A stretch of 64,000 nt of DNA from a virus: the IMG/VR virus record IMGVR_UViG_3300011115_000874, positions 96,799-160,798 of that record. One strand, written 5' to 3'. The notes under the pieces were generated by a model, which was not told the DNA's origin, did no database searches, and worked only from the letters and a program-made list of their open reading frames with translations. The position numbers and the translations under genes are program-made. Shown here piece by piece: positions 17,699 to 27,452 of the stretch (the first letter of the stretch is position 1; the number at the start of each line of letters is the position of its first letter).

Positions 17699-19423
17699 TT
17701 ATCCCTCACAACTGATGCATTCTGATAAACGCTGTAGGTTATCTCCTCTTAATACTGACTCAGTGCGTAAGTAGTATAATGTTTTAATACCTAACTTATG
17801 AGCTTCTTTATGTACTTGGCTAATCCACTTAGGAGTATCATTTGGGTCAAAGCATAAATTTAATGAGATAGCTTGATCTACATATTCTTGTCTAACACCA
17901 TTTTGTCTTACAATTTCTAATTGGTTGATTTCTTTAAATGTTAAGAATACTTCCTTTTCCTCATCAGTTAAAATATAAGAAGGAACATTAATAACTGAGC
18001 CTTGGTCTTTTAGAATTTGTTCCCAAACACTATCAATGTTATATCCTTTAGTTTCAAGTAATTCCTCTAATATTTTATTACGCTTAATGAATACACCTTT
18101 TGCTGTTTTCAAATTATAAACATTAGCAGGAATAGGTTCGATTGAAGGTGATACACCTCCTGAAATATGAGCATTAGATACTGTAGGTGCGATTGCTAAG
18201 TGATGAGTATGTCTCATACCTGTACCTTTACACCATTCTGGTTCACCATATAATTCTGCTTGGTCGTGAGATGCTTTTAAAGCGCCTTTCTCAATAAAGT
18301 CAGATATCATTCTTGTATAAGCAGTTGCTTGAATACCTACAAATGGTAAGTTCTTTGATTGTAAAAATGTATGCCATCCTAAAACACCAATTCCAATTGC
18401 TCTACCTTTAGTAGCAGAACGAACTGTATTTTCCATAAACTTAACATTCTTAGCTCTATCAATGAATTCTTGTAATACACCTTCTAAGAACCAACAAGTC
18501 AATTCAGGTAATGTCATTCCATTTTCAAATGTGTATTCTTTCCATTCATCCCAACGAGCCAAGTTTAAAGATGATAAACAACAAATAAATGAGTGTAATT
18601 CGTCTGTGTATAATGAAATTTCAGAACAAATGTTAGTCATTGACACATGTAAGTTATTTTTCTTATATGCTTCAGGATTTGAATTATTAACATTATCTTC
18701 AAACATGATATAAGGTTCACCTGTTTCAAGACGTGTTTTTAATATTTCACCCCACAACTTCATCGCTCTAGGCTCTTTGTTGTCTAGGTCAGTCATAAAC
18801 TGATCATCAATAACAACACATTGGTGTAAATTTAAACATTGACGATTAACATCACCTTTTGGTCTACGAATTTGTAAAAATTCTTCAACATCAGGGTGAT
18901 TAATGTTTAAGTTAACTGATGCTGCTCCTCTACGAACTGAACCTTGGTTAGTAGCTAAAATAGTTGAATCATAGATTTTAGCCCATGGAACAATACCTTC
19001 AGACACACCATTGTCTTTAATTGCTTTACCTCGGCCTCTAATGCGAGATAAACCAATACCTACTCCTCCGCCTTGAGATGATAATCTCATTAATTCAGAG
19101 TTAGCATCTGCAATGCCTTCAATACTATCTCCAACATCGATACCAAAGCATGAAATTGGCATTCCACGTTCTGTACCTAAGTTTGATAATACTGGTGATG
19201 CTAAGCATAACCAATTCTTAACTATTGCCTCGTAAAAGAATGGTTGTAAATCTTTACGCTTTAATCTACGTGATGCAGATTTAGTTACTCTCTTGTATGC
19301 ATCAAACACATCTTCATCAGGTAGTAAATAACCTTTTGAAATCATACTAACTGCAATCTCATCCATCCAACTAGGATAGTTTTTTCCTTTAATCCACCCG
19401 TCTGTGTCTACTTGTATACTCAT
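17699..19423 (-). CDS. nrdA: class I ribonucleotide reductase alpha subunit (short, no ATP cone)
   Basis: ASPVLSN, ISCF, QGSVRRG, TNICSEI, IAPT, KTLYY, C-terminal CISCEG. Confidence 0.97.
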   Translation of the reverse strand: MSIQVDTDGWIKGKNYPSWMDEIAVSMISKGYLLPDEDVFDAYKRVTKSASRRLKRKDLQPFFYEAIVKNWLCLASPVLSNLGTERGMPISCFGIDVGDSIEGIADANSELMRLSSQGGGVGIGLSRIRGRGKAIKDNGVSEGIVPWAKIYDSTILATNQGSVRRGAASVNLNINHPDVEEFLQIRRPKGDVNRQCLNLHQCVVIDDQFMTDLDNKEPRAMKLWGEILKTRLETGEPYIMFEDNVNNSNPEAYKKNNLHVSMTNICSEISLYTDELHSFICCLSSLNLARWDEWKEYTFENGMTLPELTCWFLEGVLQEFIDRAKNVKFMENTVRSATKGRAIGIGVLGWHTFLQSKNLPFVGIQATAYTRMISDFIEKGALKASHDQAELYGEPEWCKGTGMRHTHHLAIAPTVSNAHISGGVSPSIEPIPANVYNLKTAKGVFIKRNKILEELLETKGYNIDSVWEQILKDQGSVINVPSYILTDEEKEVFLTFKEINQLEIVRQNGVRQEYVDQAISLNLCFDPNDTPKWISQVHKEAHKLGIKTLYYLRTESVLRGDNLQRLSECISCEG

Positions 19424-19433
19424 TTTTTGTTTT

Positions 19434-20384
19434 TTATAAATCGTCCCAATCTGCTGTTGACTTTGAGTAGCTAGTTACTCTTCCTGCAAAGAAATCTTGA
19501 TGTGTTTTACCACTTGTTAAATGACCAAACCACTCAATTTGTTTTAATAAATTTGGATCAATGTCATTATAAATTGCTTTATAACCTAATTCTATCATTT
19601 TCTCATTAGCGCGTGCTTTAATGAAGTTTTTTAGTTGATTAACATTTAATCCATCAACATCTCCCATTTCAAATGCTTTATCAATGAAATCAAATTCTAA
19701 TTGTACTGCTATTTGACATGCTTCTATTACAGCGTCTCTTAATCTATCATTATCTAATTCAGGTTGTTCATTAAGTAATGTTCTAAATAACCAACATCCT
19801 GCTTTAGAATGTAATGATTCATCTCTAACACTCCATTCAACAATCTGACCTGTTCCCTTCATTAAGTTTCTTAATTGGAAACTCATTAATATAGCAAACG
19901 AACTAAACAAATTTACTCCTTCAGTGAACGCTGAAAATATAGCTAATGATAATGCTCTTTCCTCTAATGTTTCACCTGGTGTTTCAATTAAACACTCAAT
20001 TTTTGCTTTTGATGTTTCGTCTTCTAAGAACGCTTGAAAATCATCTAAACCTAATTCTTCATTTAAGCGAGCGTATGCTTCAGCATGAATTGATTCAAAA
20101 TCAGCAAACACACGAGCCATTGCTTGTATTTCAGGTTTTGGAAACCATACTGATACTTTTGTCGACCAGTAATCGTTTACGTGAACCTCTGTTTGAGCGA
20201 ATGACTTTAATATGTTTCCAATTAAATTCTTCTCAGATTCTGTTAATTTGCCTTTCCAGTCACCTAAATCAGATGCTAGTGGAACTTCGTCTGCTAACCA
20301 ATGTGAGCGATGTTGATCTTTATAAAAATCAAACGCTTGTTGGTACTCAAACGGCTTGTAAAAATTTCTTATTTCAGTAATCAT
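19434..20384 (-). CDS. nrdB: class I ribonucleotide reductase beta subunit
   Basis: ESIHAEAY, TEG, RDESLH, DFFAGR..Y; start moved to ATG 20384. Confidence 0.96.
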   Translation of the reverse strand: MITEIRNFYKPFEYQQAFDFYKDQHRSHWLADEVPLASDLGDWKGKLTESEKNLIGNILKSFAQTEVHVNDYWSTKVSVWFPKPEIQAMARVFADFESIHAEAYARLNEELGLDDFQAFLEDETSKAKIECLIETPGETLEERALSLAIFSAFTEGVNLFSSFAILMSFQLRNLMKGTGQIVEWSVRDESLHSKAGCWLFRTLLNEQPELDNDRLRDAVIEACQIAVQLEFDFIDKAFEMGDVDGLNVNQLKNFIKARANEKMIELGYKAIYNDIDPNLLKQIEWFGHLTSGKTHQDFFAGRVTSYSKSTADWDDL

Positions 20385-20400
20385 ATATTTTAATATAACA

Positions 20401-21765
20401 TCAAGATTGTAGTTCAAAAAATTTCTTTTGAAGAATGTCTCGATCTAGGCTATTTATTTCACTAAAACTGTTCACAGGTTTAGATGGTGTATATGATTCT
20501 TCATTCTCATCATAGTCATTAAATATTTCAAAACGACCTGTTGATGTATCAATTTTGGCTCCAAATGTCATACCATCACCTCCATATCTGTTTTTCATAA
20601 TGTGAAATCTACCTGTTCCCGCTACTTTGTCTTCTTTCTTACGTGAGAGAGAAATAGCCACATCTGTAATCATGACTTTGTCATAGCTACCTGCGGCTTT
20701 ATCACCTTCAATAACGTCGTCTTTAGCTCCTGCTCTATTAACTTGAGATACACTCCAAATAGGTAACTTCAATTCACGAGCAAGACCTTTAGTACTAAGA
20801 TAAATATCATCAATTTCATCCTTACGTTCACGATTGTTTCTTTTTGATCGAAGTAAGTCTACATAATCAATAAGAATCAGATCTGGTTTGAAATCTAAGT
20901 CAATACACTTTTGAATATGTGATTCTATTGTAGAAATAGATGCCTTACCAGGTGAATATTCTTTAATAACTAAGTTACCTGGTAACTCAAGTATTTCTTT
21001 TTCAACTTGGTCTTTAAAATTCATAATATTATTTACAGGTATTCCTGTTAAACAAGCATCATATCGTCTTCCAACATAATTTTCACCTAACTCTAAAGTA
21101 TAGTGCACTACATTAAAACCTAATTGAACAGCATGTGCTCCTAAGGCAATCAATGTCCATGATTTACCTCCTCCAGGATTACCAAATATCAATCCAAAGT
21201 CACCTTCACCTAAGCCACCTTGTAATAGATCATTAAATAAAAACCAAGGTGTAGGAATTGGATTTCTGTCTTCTTCTCTATATCGAGACTCAACATCTTT
21301 ACTATATTCTAATCCTAAATTCTTATCACCACCAGCTTTTAAAGCGTTATCAACTAAGTTTCTAATTGAATCATAATCACCAGCATTTAATAAATCTACT
21401 GATGTTAATAATGCTTTTTTTAATTGTTGGTTTTTGCAGAAGTTAGAAAACTCTTCCTCTACATAAGCTAAATCATCGTCTGATGCTTTATATGCTTCTT
21501 TTAATTGTTCTTTAATTGATAATTGTAAAACTTCATTATCAATTTTCTTAACTTGTACTTTCAAGACTTCCATACTTGGTGTAGTATGGTATTTGTCATA
21601 GTACTTTAAGATTTCGCTTATAATCCATTTATGTGCTGTGTTACTAAAGTAATCATCACTAATTATATCATGGATATTAATTAGAAGTTCTTTATGTGTT
21701 AATAAACACGATATTATTTTAGTTTGAAAATGAGTACCGTATGCCTCTAGGGTTGATAATGTCAC
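20401..21765 (-). CDS. replicative DnaB/gp41-like helicase
   Basis: GNPGGGKS, TLEL, ILIDYVD, SQVNR, KNRYG; GTG start. Confidence 0.95.
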   Translation of the reverse strand: MTLSTLEAYGTHFQTKIISCLLTHKELLINIHDIISDDYFSNTAHKWIISEILKYYDKYHTTPSMEVLKVQVKKIDNEVLQLSIKEQLKEAYKASDDDLAYVEEEFSNFCKNQQLKKALLTSVDLLNAGDYDSIRNLVDNALKAGGDKNLGLEYSKDVESRYREEDRNPIPTPWFLFNDLLQGGLGEGDFGLIFGNPGGGKSWTLIALGAHAVQLGFNVVHYTLELGENYVGRRYDACLTGIPVNNIMNFKDQVEKEILELPGNLVIKEYSPGKASISTIESHIQKCIDLDFKPDLILIDYVDLLRSKRNNRERKDEIDDIYLSTKGLARELKLPIWSVSQVNRAGAKDDVIEGDKAAGSYDKVMITDVAISLSRKKEDKVAGTGRFHIMKNRYGGDGMTFGAKIDTSTGRFEIFNDYDENEESYTPSKPVNSFSEINSLDRDILQKKFFELQS

Positions 21766-21788
21766 AACTTTTATTTTTAAATTAATAA

Positions 21789-22406
21789 TTAATCTTTATA
21801 CCTCCAGATAAATTTACCTGCAGTTTTTGTTTTTTGTTGGCAGCATAAACTTATACTACCATAATGTATTCCTAATTGTCGATATGCTTCTCTTCCACTT
21901 ACCCATTCTTTAATTAAATTATTTTCTAAATCAAATTGAAGGATAGGTTTATTGTTAAAATTTTTAACTTTAGCTTTTCCTTTAGTTTTATCTCCAAAAC
22001 CTTTAGGTTTAGGTTTACCTTTTAAACTTTTACTAATCTTATCTCCCCATGTTATTTTCCTTCCCTTATTTGATGGTTTAGATTTACCTGTAATTTTGTT
22101 TATAAATGATAGTCTGATGGTTTCATATATGCGGCTACTAAGTTTAAATTCGTCTAAACTTTTTGGTTTCTGTTTTCCAATAGCCATTAACCATAAAGCA
22201 TATAATAATTTATCATTATTAGGATAGATTTCACAAAGTAATCTATGGCATATAAAATGTTCTCGCGCTGTTAACTCAACTAAATTAGTTTTATCATTTG
22301 AACCACCCATACATTTAGGTACAATATGATGTTTTTCTTTATAACCATCTAACTGTCTTGTTTTAGTTCGTTCTACAATTTGATTGTATATTTTTTGATA
22401 ATTCAT
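21789..22406 (-). CDS. HNH homing endonuclease (Mob-like)
   Basis: EKHHIVPKCMGGSNDKTNLVELTAREHFICH; NUMOD and HTH tail; start moved to ATG 22406. Confidence 0.92.
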   Translation of the reverse strand: MNYQKIYNQIVERTKTRQLDGYKEKHHIVPKCMGGSNDKTNLVELTAREHFICHRLLCEIYPNNDKLLYALWLMAIGKQKPKSLDEFKLSSRIYETIRLSFINKITGKSKPSNKGRKITWGDKISKSLKGKPKPKGFGDKTKGKAKVKNFNNKPILQFDLENNLIKEWVSGREAYRQLGIHYGSISLCCQQKTKTAGKFIWRYKD

Positions 22407-22445
22407 CTTATATTTTATTATAAATATAAGCAATATTATCAAAAA

Positions 22446-22586
22446 TTATTTTTCTAATTGACTAATAACATCTTGAATACTTTCCATCCATGCTCTTACT
22501 AAACTCCTATTACAGTTAAATATAGACATGTCAGCATCCCAAATTTCTTTTGGAACTTCTACTTTAATAATCCTTCTATTTTCCAT
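22446..22586 (-). CDS. 46 aa hypothetical protein
   Basis: Not in the ORF track: MENRRIIKVEVPKEIWD...QLEK*, AAAAGTTATG start context, fills the gap. Confidence 0.55.
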   Translation of the reverse strand: MENRRIIKVEVPKEIWDADMSIFNCNRSLVRAWMESIQDVISQLEK

Positions 22587-22595
22587 AACTTTTAT

Positions 22596-23642
22596 TTATT
22601 TAAAACTGTTTAAAACTTTGAATGTGTCTCTAATCCAATACTCTACATTTTTGATTGTGTGATGTAACCCATCTTCGTTATATAACTTAATAAACTCAGC
22701 TGATTTTGTTCTTTCAATTGGTTGTTCAATTATACTCTCGATATGCTTCTTCTCACCCTCATCTAATAACGGATTACCTAAATCCATAATCAAATAATTG
22801 TTCCTAATACTCTCGTTATTAAAAACCACCCTAGAATAAATAATATTGTCTTTGTATTTAGACTCACTTATTTCAAAAACCTCTTCTAAAGTCATTTCTC
22901 TTTCTGCTAATTCAGGAAATAATTTAAATAACTTTTTAGGTCCTAGTCCCTGTACTCCAGGTATTTTATCTGAATTATCACCCATTAATGTCTTATATAA
23001 GATAAAATTATGAGCTGGGAGGCCAAATTTTTCTTTTACTAGTTTTGGTGTGTAATACTCTTTAGCTATAGGACTGTAGACTGTTATGTTATCGTTTACT
23101 AATTGTAAGAAATCTTTATCCGCCGACACAATCGTACATTTACTATCGTATTTAGTTGCCATATAACGGGATAAATGCGCTATGATGTCATCTGCCTCGA
23201 CTTTATCGAGCATAATAAGATTAACGGGTAAACACCTTAAATAGTGAATGAGTCGAGAAATTTGATTTACTTTAGATTCATGTTCTTCATCTAAATCATC
23301 AAATGTATCATGGTTAGTCATTCGGGTTTGATTCCTACCTGATTTGTATTCCGGGAGCAAGTTCTTCCTGTTTATGGAAGAACCCACTCCGTCGAATACA
23401 ATATACACAGATGTAGGTTTATTTGTGTTAATTAGAAAACTTAATGATCTTAAAAAACCACCTAAACCACCAACATGGACTCCGCTCTGATTAACATAAT
23501 TCAATACTGCAAAGTTTCTTAAAAATAGATTTAAACCATCTATAATTAGTACTTTATCATGTTTTGAAAATGTACCTGTAACTTCATCATCGTCTCCTGA
23601 TTTAATGTCATCTAATAACCGGAATAAATCTTTTTTATCCAT
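22596..23642 (-). CDS. 5'-3' exonuclease / flap endonuclease (T4 RNase H-like)
   Basis: IIDG, VFDG, YKSGR, EADD, SADKD, GDNSDKIPG. Confidence 0.95.
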   Translation of the reverse strand: MDKKDLFRLLDDIKSGDDDEVTGTFSKHDKVLIIDGLNLFLRNFAVLNYVNQSGVHVGGLGGFLRSLSFLINTNKPTSVYIVFDGVGSSINRKNLLPEYKSGRNQTRMTNHDTFDDLDEEHESKVNQISRLIHYLRCLPVNLIMLDKVEADDIIAHLSRYMATKYDSKCTIVSADKDFLQLVNDNITVYSPIAKEYYTPKLVKEKFGLPAHNFILYKTLMGDNSDKIPGVQGLGPKKLFKLFPELAEREMTLEEVFEISESKYKDNIIYSRVVFNNESIRNNYLIMDLGNPLLDEGEKKHIESIIEQPIERTKSAEFIKLYNEDGLHHTIKNVEYWIRDTFKVLNSFK

Positions 23643-23643
23643 T

Positions 23644-24729
23644 TTAATCCTCGTCAATTATTGTAATATTCTCTTTACTTTCTTCCCATTCTGATTTATC
23701 TTCAGCAAGACCAATACCATCAATACTACCTAAAATATGTACCCATTCATGGGCATGTTGTTTTTTATAGTCAGTAATATCTTTGTTATCATCTTGAATA
23801 AAACCGTGAATTGTAGCTACAACTGTATTTTTAGTTTGTAATCCTGTAACGTGATTCTTATCTACTGCTACTTTAGTACGAACTGCAAATTCAACTTCTT
23901 TACCATCCTTAGTTGCTTTTAATTTACTTGTACCACTATTAGTAATATTACCAAATGTTAATACAATAGAAGCATCTAAAAACATTGTCTCACCATTTTT
24001 CATTTTCATTTTTGGTTGAGCAAACATATTTTCAGCTGGTGCTATCCATATTTTGTTAACTGCTACCATTGAGTTTGTGTATGGTGATGATTCTTTCCTT
24101 GATAATGGGAAGCGTTGGTTAATAAAATTACCAAACTGTTGTGATACTGCACCTGCATTCCACATCGGATTGTTTTTATTCTGCTCAACACTCATCTTAC
24201 AAGGTATAGAACCGATTGAGTCCCAAAAGAAACATAAGTCATAAGGTAAATTACCTTTCTTTTGTTCGTCTAACAAGTCAGCTATAAACTCTGCTACATC
24301 TTCAATAGTTCCTAATGAACTTCTATCAGTGTATAGGAAAAATCCTTTATAGTCTATAATTTCACCTGTTGCTTCATCAACAATATCATCAACTTGGAAA
24401 CCCATTTGTTTAGCATGTTCCCAAGACCATTTCATCTCTGTAATAATGAACACAGGCAAAATGCCCATTTTCTGGGCATTAATTGCTAGTTCTAATAACG
24501 CAGTTGTTTTACCTGTATTACTGTGTCCTCTTAAAAGATTAATATGTCCTATTGCTGCACCTGGAAGTGAAGTTGAATCTTGTAATGCTTCAGAAAATGG
24601 AATCCATCTCTGTTCTTTAAACTTAACAGTTGTGTTAAGTAGTTTTTTCTCTTTAAATTTATCTAGGTTAAAACTAGATTTCATTTCAGCAGAGACCGCT
24701 GTCATTAAAGATTCTTTCTTTTTGGCCAT
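23644..24729 (-). CDS. RecA/UvsX-like recombinase
   Basis: Walker A GHSNTGKT, FFWDSIG, VDKNHV; next to the SSB gene. Confidence 0.85.
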   Translation of the reverse strand: MAKKKESLMTAVSAEMKSSFNLDKFKEKKLLNTTVKFKEQRWIPFSEALQDSTSLPGAAIGHINLLRGHSNTGKTTALLELAINAQKMGILPVFIITEMKWSWEHAKQMGFQVDDIVDEATGEIIDYKGFFLYTDRSSLGTIEDVAEFIADLLDEQKKGNLPYDLCFFWDSIGSIPCKMSVEQNKNNPMWNAGAVSQQFGNFINQRFPLSRKESSPYTNSMVAVNKIWIAPAENMFAQPKMKMKNGETMFLDASIVLTFGNITNSGTSKLKATKDGKEVEFAVRTKVAVDKNHVTGLQTKNTVVATIHGFIQDDNKDITDYKKQHAHEWVHILGSIDGIGLAEDKSEWEESKENITIIDED

Positions 24730-24745
24730 ATAAGTTTTTATTTAT

Positions 24746-25606
24746 TTAGAATGGTGAACCTTCGCCTTCGCTTTCTCTTTCTTCTTCGTCATCAAACAAA
24801 GCATCAAACTTATCTGCTTTAGATACCTTAGCTACTGGTGCTGCTTTCAAACTATAGTTTGTTTTAGGCTCCTCTTGTGCTTTAGCTATGATCGGATCTT
24901 CATCTTCATCTATTACTACTGCTACTGTCTCTTCCTCTTCTGGGTTTAAGAAATTAGCTAAAATAGTTTTAAGATCATCAAACGCTGTTTTACGTTGTAG
25001 TTCAAGAACATTTGGTTGTTCAGTTAACCACATTTTGATAGTTTCTTTATCAGAACCTAATGGTGATGTTTTAGGTTTAACACGAATTGATGATTTCAAT
25101 CCTTGACGACCACCAATATCACCTGTTACTACGTCAACTGTAAAGTCACGTCCTTCGCTAATGTCAGTGAAATCTCCATAATCCTCATCCTCAGCAATAC
25201 CTAATAATTGCATATAGATTTCTTTTCCGAACTCCCAAAGACGAACACCTTTTTCTTCTTCACCACGAACAACTACAGGAGCAAAAACTCTCATTTTTGG
25301 ATCTAATTTCTTAGCCAACTGCCAGTTTTCTTTTTCTGATGTAGTACGGAGTGATTTTGCAAACTCAACTATTGGATCTTTTTCACCCCAGTTAGTTAGA
25401 GCATAAATTGGGAATTTTGAGAACCCGTAGTGTACGAACACTTCTTGGAATGGGTTACTCTTGTTTAATACTGAAGGTACCACTCGGATTTGATACTTAC
25501 CTTCTGCTTTAGGCTTCCAATAATACTTGGAATAGTCAACCTTTTCTTTCTTGGCGCCTGATGACTGTAGAGAGCTTAATCTCTGTTTAATCGCATTGAT
25601 GTCCAT
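24746..25606 (-). CDS. single-stranded DNA-binding protein (gp32-like)
   Basis: YWKP, IRVVP, LWEFGK, GDFTDISEGRD, acidic tail ending PF. Confidence 0.88.
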   Translation of the reverse strand: MDINAIKQRLSSLQSSGAKKEKVDYSKYYWKPKAEGKYQIRVVPSVLNKSNPFQEVFVHYGFSKFPIYALTNWGEKDPIVEFAKSLRTTSEKENWQLAKKLDPKMRVFAPVVVRGEEEKGVRLWEFGKEIYMQLLGIAEDEDYGDFTDISEGRDFTVDVVTGDIGGRQGLKSSIRVKPKTSPLGSDKETIKMWLTEQPNVLELQRKTAFDDLKTILANFLNPEEEETVAVVIDEDEDPIIAKAQEEPKTNYSLKAAPVAKVSKADKFDALFDDEEERESEGEGSPF

Positions 25607-25633
25607 TTTTATTTGGTTTTAAATTGTTACTAT

Positions 25634-25665
25634 TTAATATACTACATTTTTCTTAATAGGCCAAG
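25634..25665 (-). promoter_or_regulatory. -33/-7 type promoter upstream of the SSB gene
   Basis: CTTGGC...TATATTAA, 20-nt spacer. Confidence 0.72.
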
Positions 25666-25726
25666 TTAGCTAATACAAGCTCTTAAAATGCCTTTTCTCG
25701 TAGTGTTTTCTTTAACGTTACGTACC

Positions 25727-26185
25727 TTATAATTCAATGATCTTGAATACCTTTGTATTCAATTGTTTTAACTCGTTATGTTGGGTTAATAATATGCTAT
25801 TTCTATAATGGGGCCAATTTACTCTATAAGCCATATCAACTACTCCATCATTTAACTTTTTAATAAGTTCATTTAGAGCGTTTATAGTATAAAGTGTATT
25901 GGTTTCTTTTTTACGATGAACTAGAATTGTGTTCTCGGGGATTGTATTTACGTTACCTTGATCGACATTGTAAGTGACAACATATTCATTTGTGCTTTTA
26001 ACAAACAATACAAACATCTTGTTATACATGATAGTGTAGACTGTAGATAATTCACTTACCAACTCATCTAATTCCTCACCACTTGTGAATGTGCAAAATA
26101 ACTTATTATTCAAATCCTTAATATTAACGTTGTTCGCGTCATACATATCGTATCCTGGTTTAAAAGTCATAATCCGTCCCTCCAT
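25727..26185 (-). CDS. hypothetical protein
   Basis: 152 aa ORF overlapping the end of the PolA-like gene; LVHRKKETNTLYTINALN block. Confidence 0.65.
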   Translation of the reverse strand: MEGRIMTFKPGYDMYDANNVNIKDLNNKLFCTFTSGEELDELVSELSTVYTIMYNKMFVLFVKSTNEYVVTYNVDQGNVNTIPENTILVHRKKETNTLYTINALNELIKKLNDGVVDMAYRVNWPHYRNSILLTQHNELKQLNTKVFKIIEL

Positions 26186-27437
26186 TAATTTTTATTGATA
26201 ACTTCATTTCCTTAAATATATTTTTGATTTGTTCTAATTCTTGCTCTTCATCTTCATCCCAATCAAGTAGAAATGAGTCATATGTGTATAAAACTATTTT
26301 AGTATTTTTACCTGTTAATATCTTATGAATTTTAAGTAGTATACCTATATTTGTTGATGTTTCTAGGTTTTGCAAGATATAATTAAATAACTTTTGTGGA
26401 TTCATATTTTCCAACTTGCCCTTTTCAAACTTATAATTTGATATAGGAGCGTTAATAAAGCCTTGTTCATTAAACAACTTCCATTGTTCTTGAACATAAG
26501 TTTGTATTTTTTGAAAGAATGGGAGTGATTTGTATTCTTCAAATACTCCTCCATATAACTGTTTAAATGTTAATTCTTTTGCTTTAGCGTAATCTACGCC
26601 ATACATGCTAGCAAAATCAGCGTGAATATCAGGGTTATCAAATTCATGAGAAACCAGTTGTCCAGCCAAAGTCGGATGGTATGCAGAAATATCAATTTCA
26701 AGAAATTCATTGTTTTGTGGTATAAAGCTTGCTCTTGAGTGGTTGTCTTTCTTTAGAGCAGCGAAGTTAATGCTATTAAAGGCATTGGATGGGCGTCTTG
26801 TTGTAGTATTGAGGTTATATTGAGTAAACACCCTACTATCACGTATCGAGTATAAGCTATTATTTGGTTCATAGTATTTATAAAACTTGTCTTCATTAAT
26901 TTTAATTCCGTTCTTTTCAATTCCAAAAAATGCTAAAGCACCTTTATTATAGAATTTAACATATTCTGGTTTTGGCTCCAATATAATTTGTTGGAGTTGA
27001 GTATAAATATTCTCACAAACCTCATAATGCTTAACTATTGGAATTATTTTGTTAATATCTGTTTTATTAGGATGTTTCCTATAAAAGATATCAAATACAG
27101 GTTCAGATGGTGTTTCTATATGTTTAATAGAAGAAATATCTGTTACTTTGTTTAATTGAAAGTAGTATAGAAATGATTTTTTATCCCTAACATATATTGT
27201 ATCTATATGTTTTAATAATTTTTCAATGTATGTTTTTCCAAGTGACATTGTTTCACTGTGGTCAATACAGAACATATATCCTTTAGAATCATAAGTTGGT
27301 CTAATATAGACTAAACATACATCATTTAAAGCAGGATGAATTTGATTATGATAGGGAATAATCTCAACAAAGACTTCTTTATAGTCTTGATTAAAAAATT
27401 CTCTTAATTGATCTTTAGTTTCTACTAACCAATACAT
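26160..27437 (-). CDS. divergent family A polymerase-like protein
   Basis: TTTRRPSN (compare TGRLSS), motif A DISAYHP, motif B AKELTFKQLYG, motif C YTYDSF. Confidence 0.8.
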   Translation of the reverse strand: MYWLVETKDQLREFFNQDYKEVFVEIIPYHNQIHPALNDVCLVYIRPTYDSKGYMFCIDHSETMSLGKTYIEKLLKHIDTIYVRDKKSFLYYFQLNKVTDISSIKHIETPSEPVFDIFYRKHPNKTDINKIIPIVKHYEVCENIYTQLQQIILEPKPEYVKFYNKGALAFFGIEKNGIKINEDKFYKYYEPNNSLYSIRDSRVFTQYNLNTTTRRPSNAFNSINFAALKKDNHSRASFIPQNNEFLEIDISAYHPTLAGQLVSHEFDNPDIHADFASMYGVDYAKAKELTFKQLYGGVFEEYKSLPFFQKIQTYVQEQWKLFNEQGFINAPISNYKFEKGKLENMNPQKLFNYILQNLETSTNIGILLKIHKILTGKNTKIVLYTYDSFLLDWDEDEEQELEQIKNIFKEMKLSIKINGGTDYDF

Positions 27438-27452
27438 AACCTTTATTTTCTA

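Noticed and set aside
20385-20425. Ninth -33/-7 promoter before nrdB
   Set aside because: TATATTAA lies 5 nt before the ATG, but the TTTG is at 17-nt spacing and lacks the GC, so it was not counted.
7390-21765. Introns or inteins in PolB, nrdA, nrdB or the helicase
   Set aside because: All are uninterrupted, of normal or short length, without intein motifs; the endonuclease genes are intergenic.
25607-25726. Possible tRNA or ncRNA in the longer intergenic gaps
   Set aside because: No cloverleaf or T-loop signature seen; this gap holds a promoter. A covariance-model search was not run.
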